Below are positions 26,301 to 41,300 of a stretch of DNA of 64,000 bases, in pieces. The notes under the pieces are model-generated. The model did not search any database. It was not told where the DNA came from and was given only the letters and a program-made list of their open reading frames with translations. Numbering within the stretch: the first letter of the stretch is position 1; each line of letters starts with the position of its first letter. Source of the DNA: Macrostomum lignano. Taxonomy: Eukaryota. Where the stretch lies: contig NIVC01000685.1 in the NCBI GenBank assembly GCA_002269645.1, positions 31,190 to 95,189 on the forward strand, given 5' to 3'. Made by a program: the position numbers and the translations under genes.

Positions 26301-29300
26301 ACAAAGGCTGACGATCAGACAACAAAGGCTGACGATCAGACAACAAAGGCTGACGATCAGACAACAAAGGCTGACGATCAGACAACAAAAACTGAAGGTC
26401 AGACAACAAAAACTGAAGGTCAGACAACAAAGGCTGACGATCAGACAACAAAGGCTGACGATCAGACAACAAAGGCTGACGATCAGACAACAAAAACTGA
26501 AGGTCAGACAACAAGGCTGACGATCAGACAACAAAAACTGAAGTCAGACAACAAAAACTGAAGGTCAGACAACAAAGGCTGACGATCAGACAACAAAGGC
26601 TGACGATCAGACAAAAAAACTGAAGGTCAGACAACAAAAACTGAAGATCAGACAACAAAACTGAAGGTCAGACAACAAAACTGAAGGTCGGACAACAAAG
26701 GCTGACGATCAGACAACAAAGGCTGACGACCAGACAACAAAGGCTGACGATCAGACAACAAAAACTGAAGGTCAGACAACAAAGGCTGACGATCAGACAA
26801 CAAAGGCTGACGATCAGACAACAAAGGCTGACGATCAGACAAAAAAGCTGACGATCGACAATAAAGGCTGACGACCAGACAAAAAAACTGAAGGTCAGAC
26901 AACAAAAACTGAAGGTCAGACAACAAAGGTTGACGATCAGACAACAAAGGCTGACGATCAGACAACAAAGGCTGACGACCAGACAACAAAGGCTGAAGGT
27001 CAGACAACAAAAACTGAAGGTCAGACAACAAAAACTGAAGGTCAGACAACAAAAACTGAAGGTCAGACAACAAAAACTGAAGGTCAGACAACAAAAACTG
27101 AAGGTCAGACAACAAAGGCTGACGACCAGACAACAAAAACTGAAGGTCAGACAACAAAGGCTGACGATCAGACAACAAAAACTGAAGGTCAGACAACAAA
27201 GGCTGACGATCAGACAACAAAGGCTGACGACCAGACAACAAAGGCTGACGATCAGACAACAAAAACTGAAGGTCAGACAACAGAGGCTGACGATCAGACA
27301 ACAAAAACTGAAGGTCAGACAACAAAAACTGAAGGTCAGACAACAAAGGCTGAAGGTCAGACAACAAAAACTGAAGGTCAGACAACAAAAACTGAAGGTC
27401 AGACAACAAAAACTGAAGGTCAGACAACAAAAACTGAAGGTCAGACAACAAAAACTGAAGGTCAGACAACAAAGGCTGACGATCAGACAACAAAGGCTGA
27501 CGATCAGACAACAAAGGCTGACGATCAGACAACAAAGGCTGACGATCAGACAACAAAAACTGAAGATCAGACAACAAAAACTGAAGGTCAGACAACAAAG
27601 GCTGACGATCAGCAACAAAGGCTGACGATCAGACAACAAAGGCTGACGATCAGACAACAAAAACTGAAGGTCAGACAACAAGGCTGACGATCAGACAACA
27701 AAAACTGAAGTCAGACAACAAAAACTGAAGGTCAGACAACAAAGGCTGACGATCAGACAACAAAGGCTGACGACAGACAACAAAGGCTGACGATCAGACA
27801 ACAAAAACTGAAGGTCAGACAACAAAGGCTGACGATCAGACAACAAAAACTGAAGGTCAGACAACAAAGGCTGACGATCAGACAACAAAGGCTGACGATC
27901 AGACAACAAAGGCTGACGATCAGACAACAAAGGCTGACGACCAGACAACAAAGGCTGACGATCAGACAACAAAAACTGAAGGTCAGACAACAAAAACTGA
28001 AGGTCAGCAACAAAAACTGAAGGTCAGACAACAAAGGCTGACGATCAGACAACAAAGGCTGACGACCAGACAACAAAGGCTGACGATCAGACAACAAAAA
28101 CTGAAGGTCAGACAACAAGGCTGACGATCAGACAACAAAAACTGAAGGTCAGACAACAAAGGCTGACGATCAGACAACAAAGGCTGACGATCAGACAACA
28201 AAAACTGAAGGTCAGACAACAAGGCTGACGATCAGACAACAAAAACTGAAGGTCAGACAACAAAAACTGAAGGTCAGACAACAAAGGCTGAAGGTCAGAC
28301 AACAAAAACTGAAGGTCAGACAACAAAAACTGAAGGTCAGACAACAAAAACTGAAGGTCAGACAACAAAAACTGAAGGTCAGACAACAAAAACTGAAGGT
28401 CAGACAACAAAGGCTGACGATCAGACAACAAAGGCTGACGATCAGACAACAAAGGCTGACGATCAGACAACAAAGGCTGACGATCAGACAACAAAAACTG
28501 AAGATCAGACAACAAAAACTGAAGGTCAGACAACAAAGGCTGACGATCAGACAACAAAGGCTGACGATCAGACAACAAAGGCTGACGATCAGACAACAAA
28601 AACTGAAGGTCAGACAACAGAGGCTGACGATCAGACAACAAAAACTGAAGTCAGACAACAAAAACTGAAGGTCAGACAACAAAGGCTGACGATCAGACAA
28701 CAAAGGCTGACGACAGACAACAAAGGCTGACGATCAGACAACAAAAACTGAAGGTCAGACAACAAAGGCTGACGATCAGACAACAAAAACTGAAGGTCAG
28801 ACAACAAAGGCTGACGATCAGACAACAAAGGCTGACGATCAGACAACAAAGGCTGACGATCAGACAACAAAAACTGAAGGTCAGACAACAAAAACTGAAG
28901 GTCAGACAACAAAGGCTGACGATCAGCAACAAAGGCTGACGATCAGACAACAAAGGCTGACGATCAGACAACAAAAACTGAAGGTCAGACAACAGAGGCT
29001 GACGATCAGACAACAAAAACTGAAGTTCAGACAACAAAAACTGAAGGTCAGACAACAAAGGCTGACGATCAGACAACAAAGGCTGACGATCAGACAACAA
29101 AGGCTGACGATCAGACAACAAAAACTGAAGGTCAGACAACAAAGGCTGACGATCAGACAACAAAGGCTGACGATCAGACAACAAAAACTGAAGGTCAGAC
29201 AACAAAGGCTGACGATCAGACAACAAAGGCTGACGATCAGACAACAAAGGCTGACGATCAGACACAAAAAGCTGACGATCAGACAATAAAGGCTGACGAC

Positions 29301-32300
29301 CAGACAACAAAAACTGAAGGTCAGACAACAGAGGCTGACGATCAGACAACAAAAACTGAAGTCAGACAACAAAAACTGAAGGTCAGAACAAAGGCTGACG
29401 ATCAGACAACAAAGGCTGACGACAGACAACAAAGGCTGACGATCAGACAACAAAAACTGAAGGTCAGACAACAAAGGCTGACGATCAGACAACAAAAACT
29501 GAAGGTCAGACAACAAAGGCTGACGATCAGACAACAAAGGCTGACGATCAGACAACAAAGGCTGACGACAGACAACAAAGGCTGACGACCAGACAACAAA
29601 GGCTGACGATCAGACAACAAAAACTGAAGGTCAGACAACAAAAACTGAAGGTCAGCAACAAAAACTGAAGGTCAGACAACAAAGGCTGACGATCAGACAA
29701 CAAAGGCTGACGACCAGACAACAAAGGCTGACGATCAGACAACAAAAACTGAAGGTCAGACAACAAAGGCTGACGATCAGACAACAAAAACTGAAGGTCA
29801 GACAACAAAGGCTGACGATCAGACAACAAAGGCTGACGATCAGACAACAAAGGCTGACGATCAGACAACAAAGGCTGACGGTCAGACAACAAAAACTGAA
29901 GGTCAGACAACAAAAACTGAAGGTCAGACAACAAAGGCTGACGTCAGACAACAAAAACTGAAGGTCAGACAACAAAGGCTGACGATCAGACAACAAAAAC
30001 TGAAGGTCAGACAACAAAGGCTGACGATCAGACAACAAAGGCTGACGACAGACAACAAAGGCTGACGATCAGACAACAAAAACTGAAGGTCAGACAACAA
30101 GGCTGACGATCAGACAACAAAAACTGAAGGTCGGACAACAAAAACTGAAGGTCAGACAACAAAGGCTGAAGGTCAGACAACAAAACTGAAGGTCAGACAA
30201 CAAAAACTGAAGGTCAGACAACAAAAACTGAAGGTCAGACAACAAAAACTGAAGGTCAGACAACAAAAACTGAAGGTCAGACAACAAAGGCTGACGATCA
30301 GACAACAAAGGCTGACGATCAGACAACAAAGGCTGACGATCAGACAACAAAGGCTGACGATCAGACAACAAAAACTGAAGGTCAGACAACAAAAACTGAA
30401 GGTCAGACAACAAAGGCTGACGATCAGACAACAAAGGCTGACGATCAGACAACAAAGGCTGACGATCAGACAACAAAAACTGAAGGTCAGACAACAAGGC
30501 TGACGATCAGACAACAAAAACTGAAGTCAGACAACAAAAACTGAAGGTCAGACAACAAAGGTGACGATCAGACAACAAAGGCTGACGACAGACAACAAAG
30601 GCTGACGATCAGACAACAAAAACTGAAGGTCAGACAACAAAGGCTGACGATCAGACAACAAAAACTGAAGGTCAGACAACAAAGGCTGACGATCAGACAA
30701 CAAAAACTGAAGGTCAGACAACAAAGGCTGACGATCAGACAACAAAGGCTGACGATCAGACAACAAAGGCTGACGATCAGACAACAAAGGCTGACGACAG
30801 ACAACAAAGGCTGACGATCAGACAACAAAAACTGAAGGTCAGACAACAAAAACTGAAGGTCAGGCAACAAAAACTGAAGGTCAGACAACAAAGGCTGACG
30901 ATCAGACAACAAAAACTGAAGGTCAGACAACAAAGGCTGACGATCAGACAACAAAAACTGAAGGTCAGACAACAAAGGCTGACGATCAGACAACAAAGGC
31001 TGACGATCAGACAACAAAGGCTGACGATCAGACAACAAAGGCTGACGGTCAGACAACAAAAACTGAAGGTCAGACAACAAAAACTGAAGGTCAGACAACA
31101 AAGGTGACGATCAGACAACAAAGGCTGACGACCAGACAACAAAGGCTGACGATCAGACAACAAAGGCTGACGATCAGACAACAAAGGCTGACGATCAGAC
31201 AACAAAGGCTGACGATCAGACAACAAAGGCTGACGATCAGACAAAAAAAACTGAAGGTCAGACAACAAAAACTGAAGATCAGACAACAAAACTGAAGGTC
31301 AGACAACAAAACTGAAGTCGGACAACAAAGGTTGACGATCAGACAACAAAGGCTGACGACCAGACAACAAAGGCTGACGATCAGACAACAAAAACTGAAG
31401 GTCAGACAACAAAGGCTGACGATCAGACAACAAAGGCTGACGATCAGACAACAAAGGCTGACGATCAGACAATAAAAGCTGACGATCAGACAATAAAGGC
31501 TGACGACCAGACAAAAAAACTGAAGGTCAGACAACAAAAACTGAAGGTCAGACAACAAAGGTTGACGATCAGACGACAAAGGCTGACGATCAGACAACAA
31601 AGGCTGACGACCAGACAACAAAGGCTGAAGGTCAGACAACAAAAACTGAAGGTCAGACAACAAAAACTGAAGGTCAGACAACAAAAACTGAAGGTCAGAC
31701 AACAAAAACTAAAGGTCAGACAACAAAAACTGAAGGTCAGACAACAAAGGCTGACGATCAGACAACAAAAACTGAAGGTCAGACAACAAAGGCTGACGAT
31801 CAGACAACAAAAACTGAAGGTCAGACAACAAAGGCTGACGATCAGACAACAAAGGCTGACGACCAGACAACAAAGGCTGACGATCAGACAACAAAAACTG
31901 AAGGTCAGACAACAAGGCTGACGATCAGACAACAAAAACTGAAGGTCGGACAACAAAAACTGAAGGTCAGACAACAAAGGCTGAAGGTCAGACAACAAAA
32001 ACTGAAGGTCAGACAACAAAAACTGAAGGTCAGACAACAAAAACTGAAGGTCAGACAACAAAGGCTGACGATCAGACAACAAAGGCTGACGATCAGACAA
32101 CAAAGGCTGACGATCAGACAACAAAGGCTGACGATCAGACAACAAAAACTGAAGGTCAGACAACAAAAACTGAAGGTCAGACAACAAAGGCTGACGATCA
32201 GGCAACAAAGGCTGACGATCAGACAACAAAGGCTGACGATCAGACAACAAAAACTGAAGGTCAGACAACAGAGGCTGACGATCAGACAACAAAAACTGAA

Positions 32301-35300
32301 GTCAGACAACAAAAACTGAAGGTCAGACAACAAAGGTGACGATCAGACAACAAAGGCTGACGACAGACAACAAAGGCTGACGATCAGACAACAAAAACTG
32401 AAGGTCAGACAACAAAGGCTGACGATCAGACAACAAAAACTGAAGGTCAGACAACAAAGGCTGACGATCAGACAACAAAGGCTGACGATCAGACGACAAA
32501 GGCTGACGACCAGACAACAAAGGCTGACGACCAGACAACAAAGGCTGACGATCAGACAACAAAAACTGAAGGTCAGACAACAAAAACTGAAGGTCAGGCA
32601 ACAAAAACTGAAGGTCAGACAACAAAGGCTGACGATCAGACAACAAAGGCTGACGACCAGACAACAAAGGCTGACGATCAGACAACAAAAACTGAAGGTC
32701 AGACAACAAGGCTGACGATCAGACAACAAAAACTGAAGGTCAGACAACAAAGGCTGACGATCAGACAACAAAGGCTGACGTCAGACAACAAAAACTGAAG
32801 GTCAGACAACAAAAACTGAAGGTCAGACAACAAAGGTTGACGATCAGACAACAAAGGCTGACGACCAGACAACAAAGGCTGACGATCAGACAACAAAAAC
32901 TGAAGGTCAGACAACAAAGGCTGACGATCAGACAACAAAGGCTGACGGTCAGACAACAAAAACTGAAGGTCAGACAACAAAAACTGAAGGTCAGACAACA
33001 AAGGCTGACGATCAGACGACAAAGGCTGACGACCAGACAACAAAGGCTGACGACCAGACGACAAAGGCTGACGACCAGACAACAAAGGCTGACGATCAGA
33101 CAACAAAGGCTGACGATCAGACAACAAAGGCTGACGATCAGACAAAAAAAACTGAAGGTCAGACAACAAAAACTGAAGATCAGACAACAAGAACTGAAGG
33201 TCAGACAACAGAAACTGAAGGTCGGACAACAAAGGTTGACGATCAGACAACAAAGGCTGACGACCAGACAACAAAGGCTGACGATCAGACAACAAAAACT
33301 GAAGGTCAGACAACAAAGGCTGACGATCAGACAACAAAAACTGAAGGTCAGACAACAAAGGCTGACGATCAGACAACAAAAACTGAAGGTCAGACAACAA
33401 AGGCTGACGATCAGACAACAAAGGCTGACGACCAGACAACAAAGGCTGACGATCAGACAACAAAAACTGAAGGTCAGACAACAAGGCTGACGATCAGACA
33501 ACAAAAACTGAAGGTCGGACAACAAAAACTGAAGGTCAGACAACAAAGGCTGAAGGTCAGACAACAAAAACTGAAGGTCAGACAACAAAAACTGAAGGTC
33601 AGACAACAAAAACTGAAGGTCAGACAACAAAAACTGAAGGTCAGACAACAAAAACTGAAGGTCAGACAACAAAGGCTGACGATCAGACAACAAAGGCTGA
33701 CGATCAGACAACAAAAACTGAAGGTCAGACAACAAAAACTGAAGGTCAGGCAACAAAAACTGAAGGTCAGACAACAAAGGCTGACGATCAGACAACAAAG
33801 GCTGACGATCAGGTAACAAAGGCTGACGATCAGACAACAAAAACTGAAGGTCAGGCAACAAAAACTGAAGGTCAGACAACAAAGGCTGACGATCAGACAA
33901 CAAAGGCTGACGACCAGACAACAAAGGCTGACGATCAGACAACAAAAACTGAAGGTCAGACAACAGAGGCTGACGATCAGACAACAAAAACTGAAGGTCA
34001 GACAACAAAGGCTGACGATCAGACAACAAAGGCTGACGTCAGACAACAAAAACTGAAGGTCAGACAACAAAAACTGAAGGTCAGACAACAAAGGTGACGA
34101 TCAGACAACAAAGGCTGACGACCAGACAACAAAGGCTGACGATCAGACAACAAAAACTGAAGGTCAGACAACAAAGGCTGACGATCAGACAACAAAGGCT
34201 GACGATCAGACAACAAAGGCTGACGATCAGACAAAAAGCTGACGATCAGACAACAAAGGCTGACGACCAGACAACAAAAACTGAAGGTCAGACAACAGAG
34301 GCTGACGATCAGACAACAAAAACTGAAGTCAGACAACAAAAACTGAAGGTCAGACAACAAAGGTTGACGATCAGACAACAAAGGCTGACGACAGACAACA
34401 AAGGCTGACGATCAGACAACAAAAACTGAAGGTCAGACAACAAAGGCTGACGATCAGACAACAAAAACTGAAGGTCAGACAACAAAGGCTGACGATCAGA
34501 CAACAAAGGCTGACGATCAGACGACAAAGGCTGACGACCAGACAACAAAGGCTGACGACCAGACAACAAAGGCTGACGATCAGACAACAAAAACTGAAGG
34601 TCAGACAACAAAAACTGAAGGTCAGACAACAAAAACTGAAGGTCAGACAACAAAGGCTGACGATCAGACAACAAAGGCTGACGACAGACAACAAAGGCTG
34701 ACGATCAGACAACAAAAACTGAAGGTCAGACAACAAGGCTGACGATCAGACAACAAAAACTGAAGGTCAGACAACAAAGGCTGACGATCAGACAACAAAG
34801 GCTGACGGTCAGACAACAAAAACTGAAGGTCAGACAACAAAAACTGAAGGTCAGACAACAAAGGCTGACGATCAGACAACAAAGGCTGACGGTCAGACAA
34901 CAAAAACTGAAGGTCAGACAACAAAAACTGAAGGTCAGACAACAAAGGTTGACGATCAGACGACAAAGGCTGACGACCAGACAACAAAGGCTGACGATCA
35001 GACAACAAAGGCTGACGATCAGACAACAAAGGCTGACGATCAGACAACAAAGGCTGACGATCAGACAACAAAGGCTGACGATCAGACAAAAAAAACTGAA
35101 GGTCAGACAACAAAACTGAAGATCAGACAACAAAACTGAAGGTCAGACAACAGAAACTGAAGGTCGGACAACAAAGGTTGACGATCAGACAACAAAGGCT
35201 GACGACCAGACAACAAAGGCTGACGATCAGACAACAAAAACTGAAGGTCAGACAACAAAGGCTGACGATCAGACAACAAAGGCTGACGATCAGACAACAA

Positions 35301-38300
35301 AGGCTGACGATCAGACAATAAAAGCTGACGATCGGACAATAAAGGCTGACGACCAGACAAAAAAACTGAAGGTCAGACAACAAAAACTGAAGGTCAGACA
35401 ACAAAGGTGACGATCAGACGACAAAGGCTGACGATCAGACAACAAAGGCTGACGACCAGACAACAAAGGCTGAAGGTCAGACAACAAAAACTGAAGGTCA
35501 GACAACAAAAACTGAAGGTCAGACAACAAAAACTGAAGGTCAGACAACAAAAACTGAAGGTCAGACAACAAAAACTGAAGGTCAGACAACAAAGGCTGAC
35601 GACCAGACAACAAAAACTGAAGGTCAGACAACAAAGGCTGACGATCAGACAACAAAAACTGAAGGTCAGACAACAAAGGCTGACGATCAGACAACAAAGG
35701 CTGACGACCAGACAACAAAGGCTGACGATCAGACAACAAAAACTGAAGGTCAGACAACAGAGGCTGACGATCAGACAACAAAAACTGAAGGTCGGACAAC
35801 AAAAACTGAAGGTCAGACAACAAAGGCTGAAGGTCAGACAACAAAAACTGAAGGTCAGACAACAAAAACTGAAGGTCAGACAACAAAAACTGAAGGTCAG
35901 ACAACAAAAACTGAAGGTCAGACAACAAAAACTGAAGGTCAGACAACAAAGGCTGACGATCAGACAACAAAGGCTGACGATCAGACAACAAAGGCTGACG
36001 ATCAGACAACAAAGGCTGACGATCAGACAACAAAAACTGAAGGTCAGACAACAAAAACTGAAGGTCAGACAACAAAGGCTGACGATCAGGCAACAAAGGC
36101 TGACGATCAGACAACAAAGGCTGACGATCAGACAACAAAAACTGAAGGTCAGACAACAGAGGCTGACGATCAGACAACAAAAACTGAAGTTCAGACAACA
36201 AAAACTGAAGGTCAGACAACAAAGGTTGACGATCAGACAACAAAGGCTGACGACAAGACAACAAAGGCTGACGATCAGACAACAAAAACTGAAGGTCAGA
36301 CAACAAAGGCTGACGATCAGACAACAAAAACTGAAGGTCAGACAACAAAGGCTGACGATCAGACAACAAAGGCTGACGATCAGACGACAAAGGCTGACGA
36401 CCAGACAACAAAGGCTGACGACCAGACAACAAAGGCTGACGATCAGACAACAAAAACTGAAGGTCAGACAACAAAAACTGAAGGTCAGGCAACAAAAACT
36501 GAAGGTCAGACAACAAAGGCTGACGATCAGGCAACAAAGGCTGACGATCAGACAACAAAGGCTGACGATCAGACAACAAAAACTGAAGGTCAGACAACAG
36601 AGGCTGACGATCAGACAACAAAAACTGAAGGTCAGGCAACAAAAACTGAAGGTCAGACAACAAAGGCTGACGATCAGACAACAAAGGCTGACGACCAGAC
36701 AACAAAGGCTGACGATCAGACAACAAAAACTGAAGGTCAGACAACAGAGGCTGACGATCAGACAACAAAAACTGAAGGTCAGACAACAAAGGCTGACGAT
36801 CAGACAACAAAGGCTGACGGTCAGACAACAAAAACTGAAGGTCAGACAACAAAAACTGAAGGTCAGACAACAAAGGCTGACGATCAGACAACAAAGGCTG
36901 ACGGTCAGACAACAAAAACTGAAGGTCAGACAACAAAAACTGAAGGTCAGACAACAAAGGTTGACGATCAGACAACAAAGGCTGACGATCAGACAACAAA
37001 GGCTGACGATCAGACAACAAAGGCTGACGATCAGACAACAAAGGCTGACGATCAGACAAAAAAAACTGAAGGTCAGACAACAAAAACTGAAGATCAGACA
37101 ACAAGAACTGAAGGTCAGACAACAGAAACTGAAGGTCGGACAACAAAGGTTGACGATCAGACAACAAAGGCTGACGACCAGACAACAAAGGCTGACGATC
37201 AGACAACAAAAACTGAAGGTCAGACAACAAAGGCTGACGATCAGACAACAAAGGCTGACGATCAGACAACAAAGGCTGACGATCAGACAATAAAAGCTGA
37301 CGATCGGACAATAAAGGCTGACGACCAGACAAAAAAAACTGAAGGTCAGACAACAAAAACTGAAGGTCAGACAACAAAGGTTGACGATCAGACGACAAAG
37401 GCTGACGATCAGACAACAAAGGCTGACGACCAGACAACAAAGGCTGAAGGTCAGACAACAAAAACTGAAGGTCAGACAACAAAAACTGAAGGTCAGCCAA
37501 CAAAAACTAAGGTCAGACAACAAAAACTGAAGGTCAGACAACAAAAACTGAAGGTCAGACAACAAAGGCTGACGACCAGACAACAAAAACTGAAGGTCAG
37601 ACAACAAAGGCTGACGATCAGACAACAAAAACTGAAGGTCAGACAACAAAGGCTGACGATCAGACAACAAAGGCTGACGACCAGACAACAAAGGCTGACG
37701 ATCAGACAACAAAAACTGAAGGTCAGACAACAGAGGCTGACGATCAGACAACAAAAACTGAAGGTCGGACAACAAAAACTGAAGGTCAGACAACAAAGGC
37801 TGAAGGTCAGACAACAAAAACTGAAGGTCAGACAACAAAAACTGAAGGTCAGACAACAAAAACTGAAGGTCAGACAACAAAAACTGAAGGTCAGACAACA
37901 AAAACTGAAGGTCAGACAACAAAGGCTGACGATCAGACAACAAAGGCTGACGATCAGACAACAAAGGCTGACGATCAGACAACAAAGGCTGACGATCAGA
38001 CAACAAAAACTGAAGGTCAGACAACAAAAACTGAAGGTCAGACAACAAAGGCTGACGATCAGGCAACAAAGGCTGACGATCAGACAACAAAGGCTGACGA
38101 TCAGACAACAAAAACTGAAGGTCAGACAACAGAGGCTGACGATCAGACAACAAAAACTGAAGTTCAGACAACAAAAACTGAAGGTCAGACAACAAAGGTT
38201 GACGATCAGACAACAAAGGCTGACGACAAGACAACAAAGGCTGACGATCAGACAACAAAAACTGAAGGTCAGACAACAAAGGCTGACGATCAGACAACAA

Positions 38301-41300
38301 AAACTGAAGGTCAGACAACAAAGGCTGACGATCAGACAACAAAGGCTGACGATCAGACGACAAAGGCTGACGACCAGACAACAAAGGCTGACGACCAGAC
38401 AACAAAGGCTGACGATCAGACAACAAAAACTGAAGGTCAGACAACAAAGGCTGACGATCAGACAACAAAGGCTGACGATCAGACAACAAAGGCTGACGAT
38501 CAGACAATAAAAGCTGACGATCGGACAATAAAGGCTGACGACCAGACAAAAAAAACTGAAGGTCAGACAACAAAAACTGAAGGTCAGACAACAAAGGTTG
38601 ACGATCAGACGACAAAGGCTGACGATCAGACAACAAAGGCTGACGACCAGACAACAAAGGCTGAAGGTCAGACAACAAAAACTGAAGGTCAGACAACAAA
38701 AACTGAAGGTCAGCCAACAAAAACTTAAGGTCAGACAACAAAAACTGAAGGTCAGACAACAAAAACTGAAGGTCAGACAACAAAGGCTGACGACCAGACA
38801 ACAAAAACTGAAGGTCAGACAACAAAGGCTGACGATCAGACAACAAAAACTGAAGGTCAGACAACAAAGGCTGACGATCAGACAACAAAGGCTGACGACC
38901 AGACAACAAAGGCTGACGATCAGACAACAAAAACTGAAGGTCAGACAACAGAGGCTGACGATCAGACAACAAAAACTGAAGGTCGGACAACAAAAACTGA
39001 AGGTCAGACAACAAAGGCTGAAGGTCAGACAACAAAAACTGAAGGTCAGACAACAAAAACTGAAGGTCAGACAACAAAAACTGAAGGTCAGACAACAAAA
39101 ACTGAAGGTCAGACAACAAAAACTGAAGGTCAGACAACAAAGGCTGACGATCAGACAACAAAGGCTGACGATCAGACAACAAAGGCTGACGATCAGACAA
39201 CAAAGGCTGACGATCAGACAACAAAAACTGAAGGTCAGACAACAAAAACTGAAGGTCAGACAACAAAGGCTGACGATCAGGCAACAAAGGCTGACGATCA
39301 GACAACAAAGGCTGACGATCAGACAACAAAAACTGAAGGTCAGACAACAGAGGCTGACGATCAGACAACAAAAACTGAAGTTCAGACAACAAAAACTGAA
39401 GGTCAGACAACAAAGGTTGACGATCAGACAACAAAGGCTGACGACAAGACAACAAAGGCTGACGATCAGACAACAAAAACTGAAGGTCAGACAACAAAGG
39501 CTGACGATCAGACAACAAAAACTGAAGGTCAGACAACAAAGGCTGACGATCAGACAACAAAGGCTGACGATCAGACGACAAAGGCTGACGACCAGACAAC
39601 AAAGGCTGACGACCAGAAAACAAAGGCTGACGATCAGACAACAAAAACTGAAGGTCAGACAACAAAAACTGAAGGTCAGGCAACAAAAACTGAAGGTCAG
39701 ACAACAAAGGCTGACGATCAGACAACAAAGGCTGACGACCAGACAACAAAGGCTGACGATCAGACAACAAAAACTGAAGGTCAGACAACAGAGGCTGACG
39801 ATCAGACAACAAAAACTGAAGGTCAGACAACAAAGGCTGACGATCAGACAACAAAGGCTGACGGTCAGACAACAAAAACTGAAGGTCAGACAACAAAAAC
39901 TGAAGGTCAGACAACAAAGGTTGACGATCAGACGACAAAGGCTGACGACCAGACAACAAAGGCTGACGATCAGACAACAAAAACTGAAGGTCAGACAACA
40001 AAGGCTGACGATCAGACAACAAAGGCTGACGATCAGACAACAAAGGCTGACGATCAGACAATAAAAGCTGACGATCGGACAATAAAGGCTGACGACCAGA
40101 CAACAAAAACTGAAGGTCAGACAACAGAGGCTGACGATCAGACAACAAAAACTGAAGTTCAGACAACAAAAACTGAAGGTCAGACAACAAAGGTTGACGA
40201 TCAGACAACAAAGGCTGACGACAAGACAACAAAGGCTGACGATCAGACAACAAAAACTGAAGGTCAGACAACAAAGGCTGACGATCAGACAACAAAAACT
40301 GAAGGTCAGACAACAAAGGCTGACGATCAGACAACAAAGGCTGACGATCAGACGACAAAGGCTGACGACCAGACAACAAAGGCGGACGACCAGACAACAA
40401 AGGCTGACGATCAGACAACAAAAACTGAAGGTCAGACAACAAAAACTGAAGGTCAGACAACAAAGGCTGACGATCAGACAACAAAGGCTGAAGGTCAGAC
40501 AACAAAGGCTGACGATCAGACAACAAAGGCTGACGATCAGACAACAAAGGCTGACGATCAGACAATAAAAGCTGACGATCGGACAATAAAGGCTGATGAC
40601 CAGACAACAAAAACTGAAGGTCAGACAACAAAAACTAAAGATCAGACAACAAGAACTGAAGGTCAGACAACAAAAACTGAAGGTCGGACAACAAAAACTG
40701 AAGGTCAGACAACAAAGGCTGACGACCAGAAAACAAAAACTGAAGGTCAGACAACAAAAACTGAAGGTCAGACAACAAAAACTGAAGGTCAGACAACAAA
40801 GGCTGACGATCAGACAACAAAGGCTGACGATCAGACAACAAAGGCTGACGATCAGACAGACAACAAAGGCTGACGATCAGACAACAAAAACTGAAGGTCA
40901 GACAACAAAAACTGAAGGTAAGACAACAAAGGTTGACGATCAGACAACAAAGGCTGACGACAAGACAACAAAGGCTGACGATCAGACAACAAAAACTGAA
41001 GGTCCGACAACAAAGGCTGACGATCAGACAACAAAAACTGAAGGTCAGACAACAAGGGCTGACGATCAGACAACAAAGGCTGACGATCAGACGACAAAGG
41101 CTGACGACCAGACAACAAAGGCTGACGACCAGACAACAAAGGCTGACGATCAGACAACAAAAACTGAAGGTCAGACAACAAAAACTGAAGGTCAGGCAAC
41201 AAAAACTGAAGGTCAGACAACAAAGGCTGACGATCAGACAACAAAGGCTGACGACCAGACAACAAAGGATGACGATCAGACAACAAAAACTGAAGATCAG

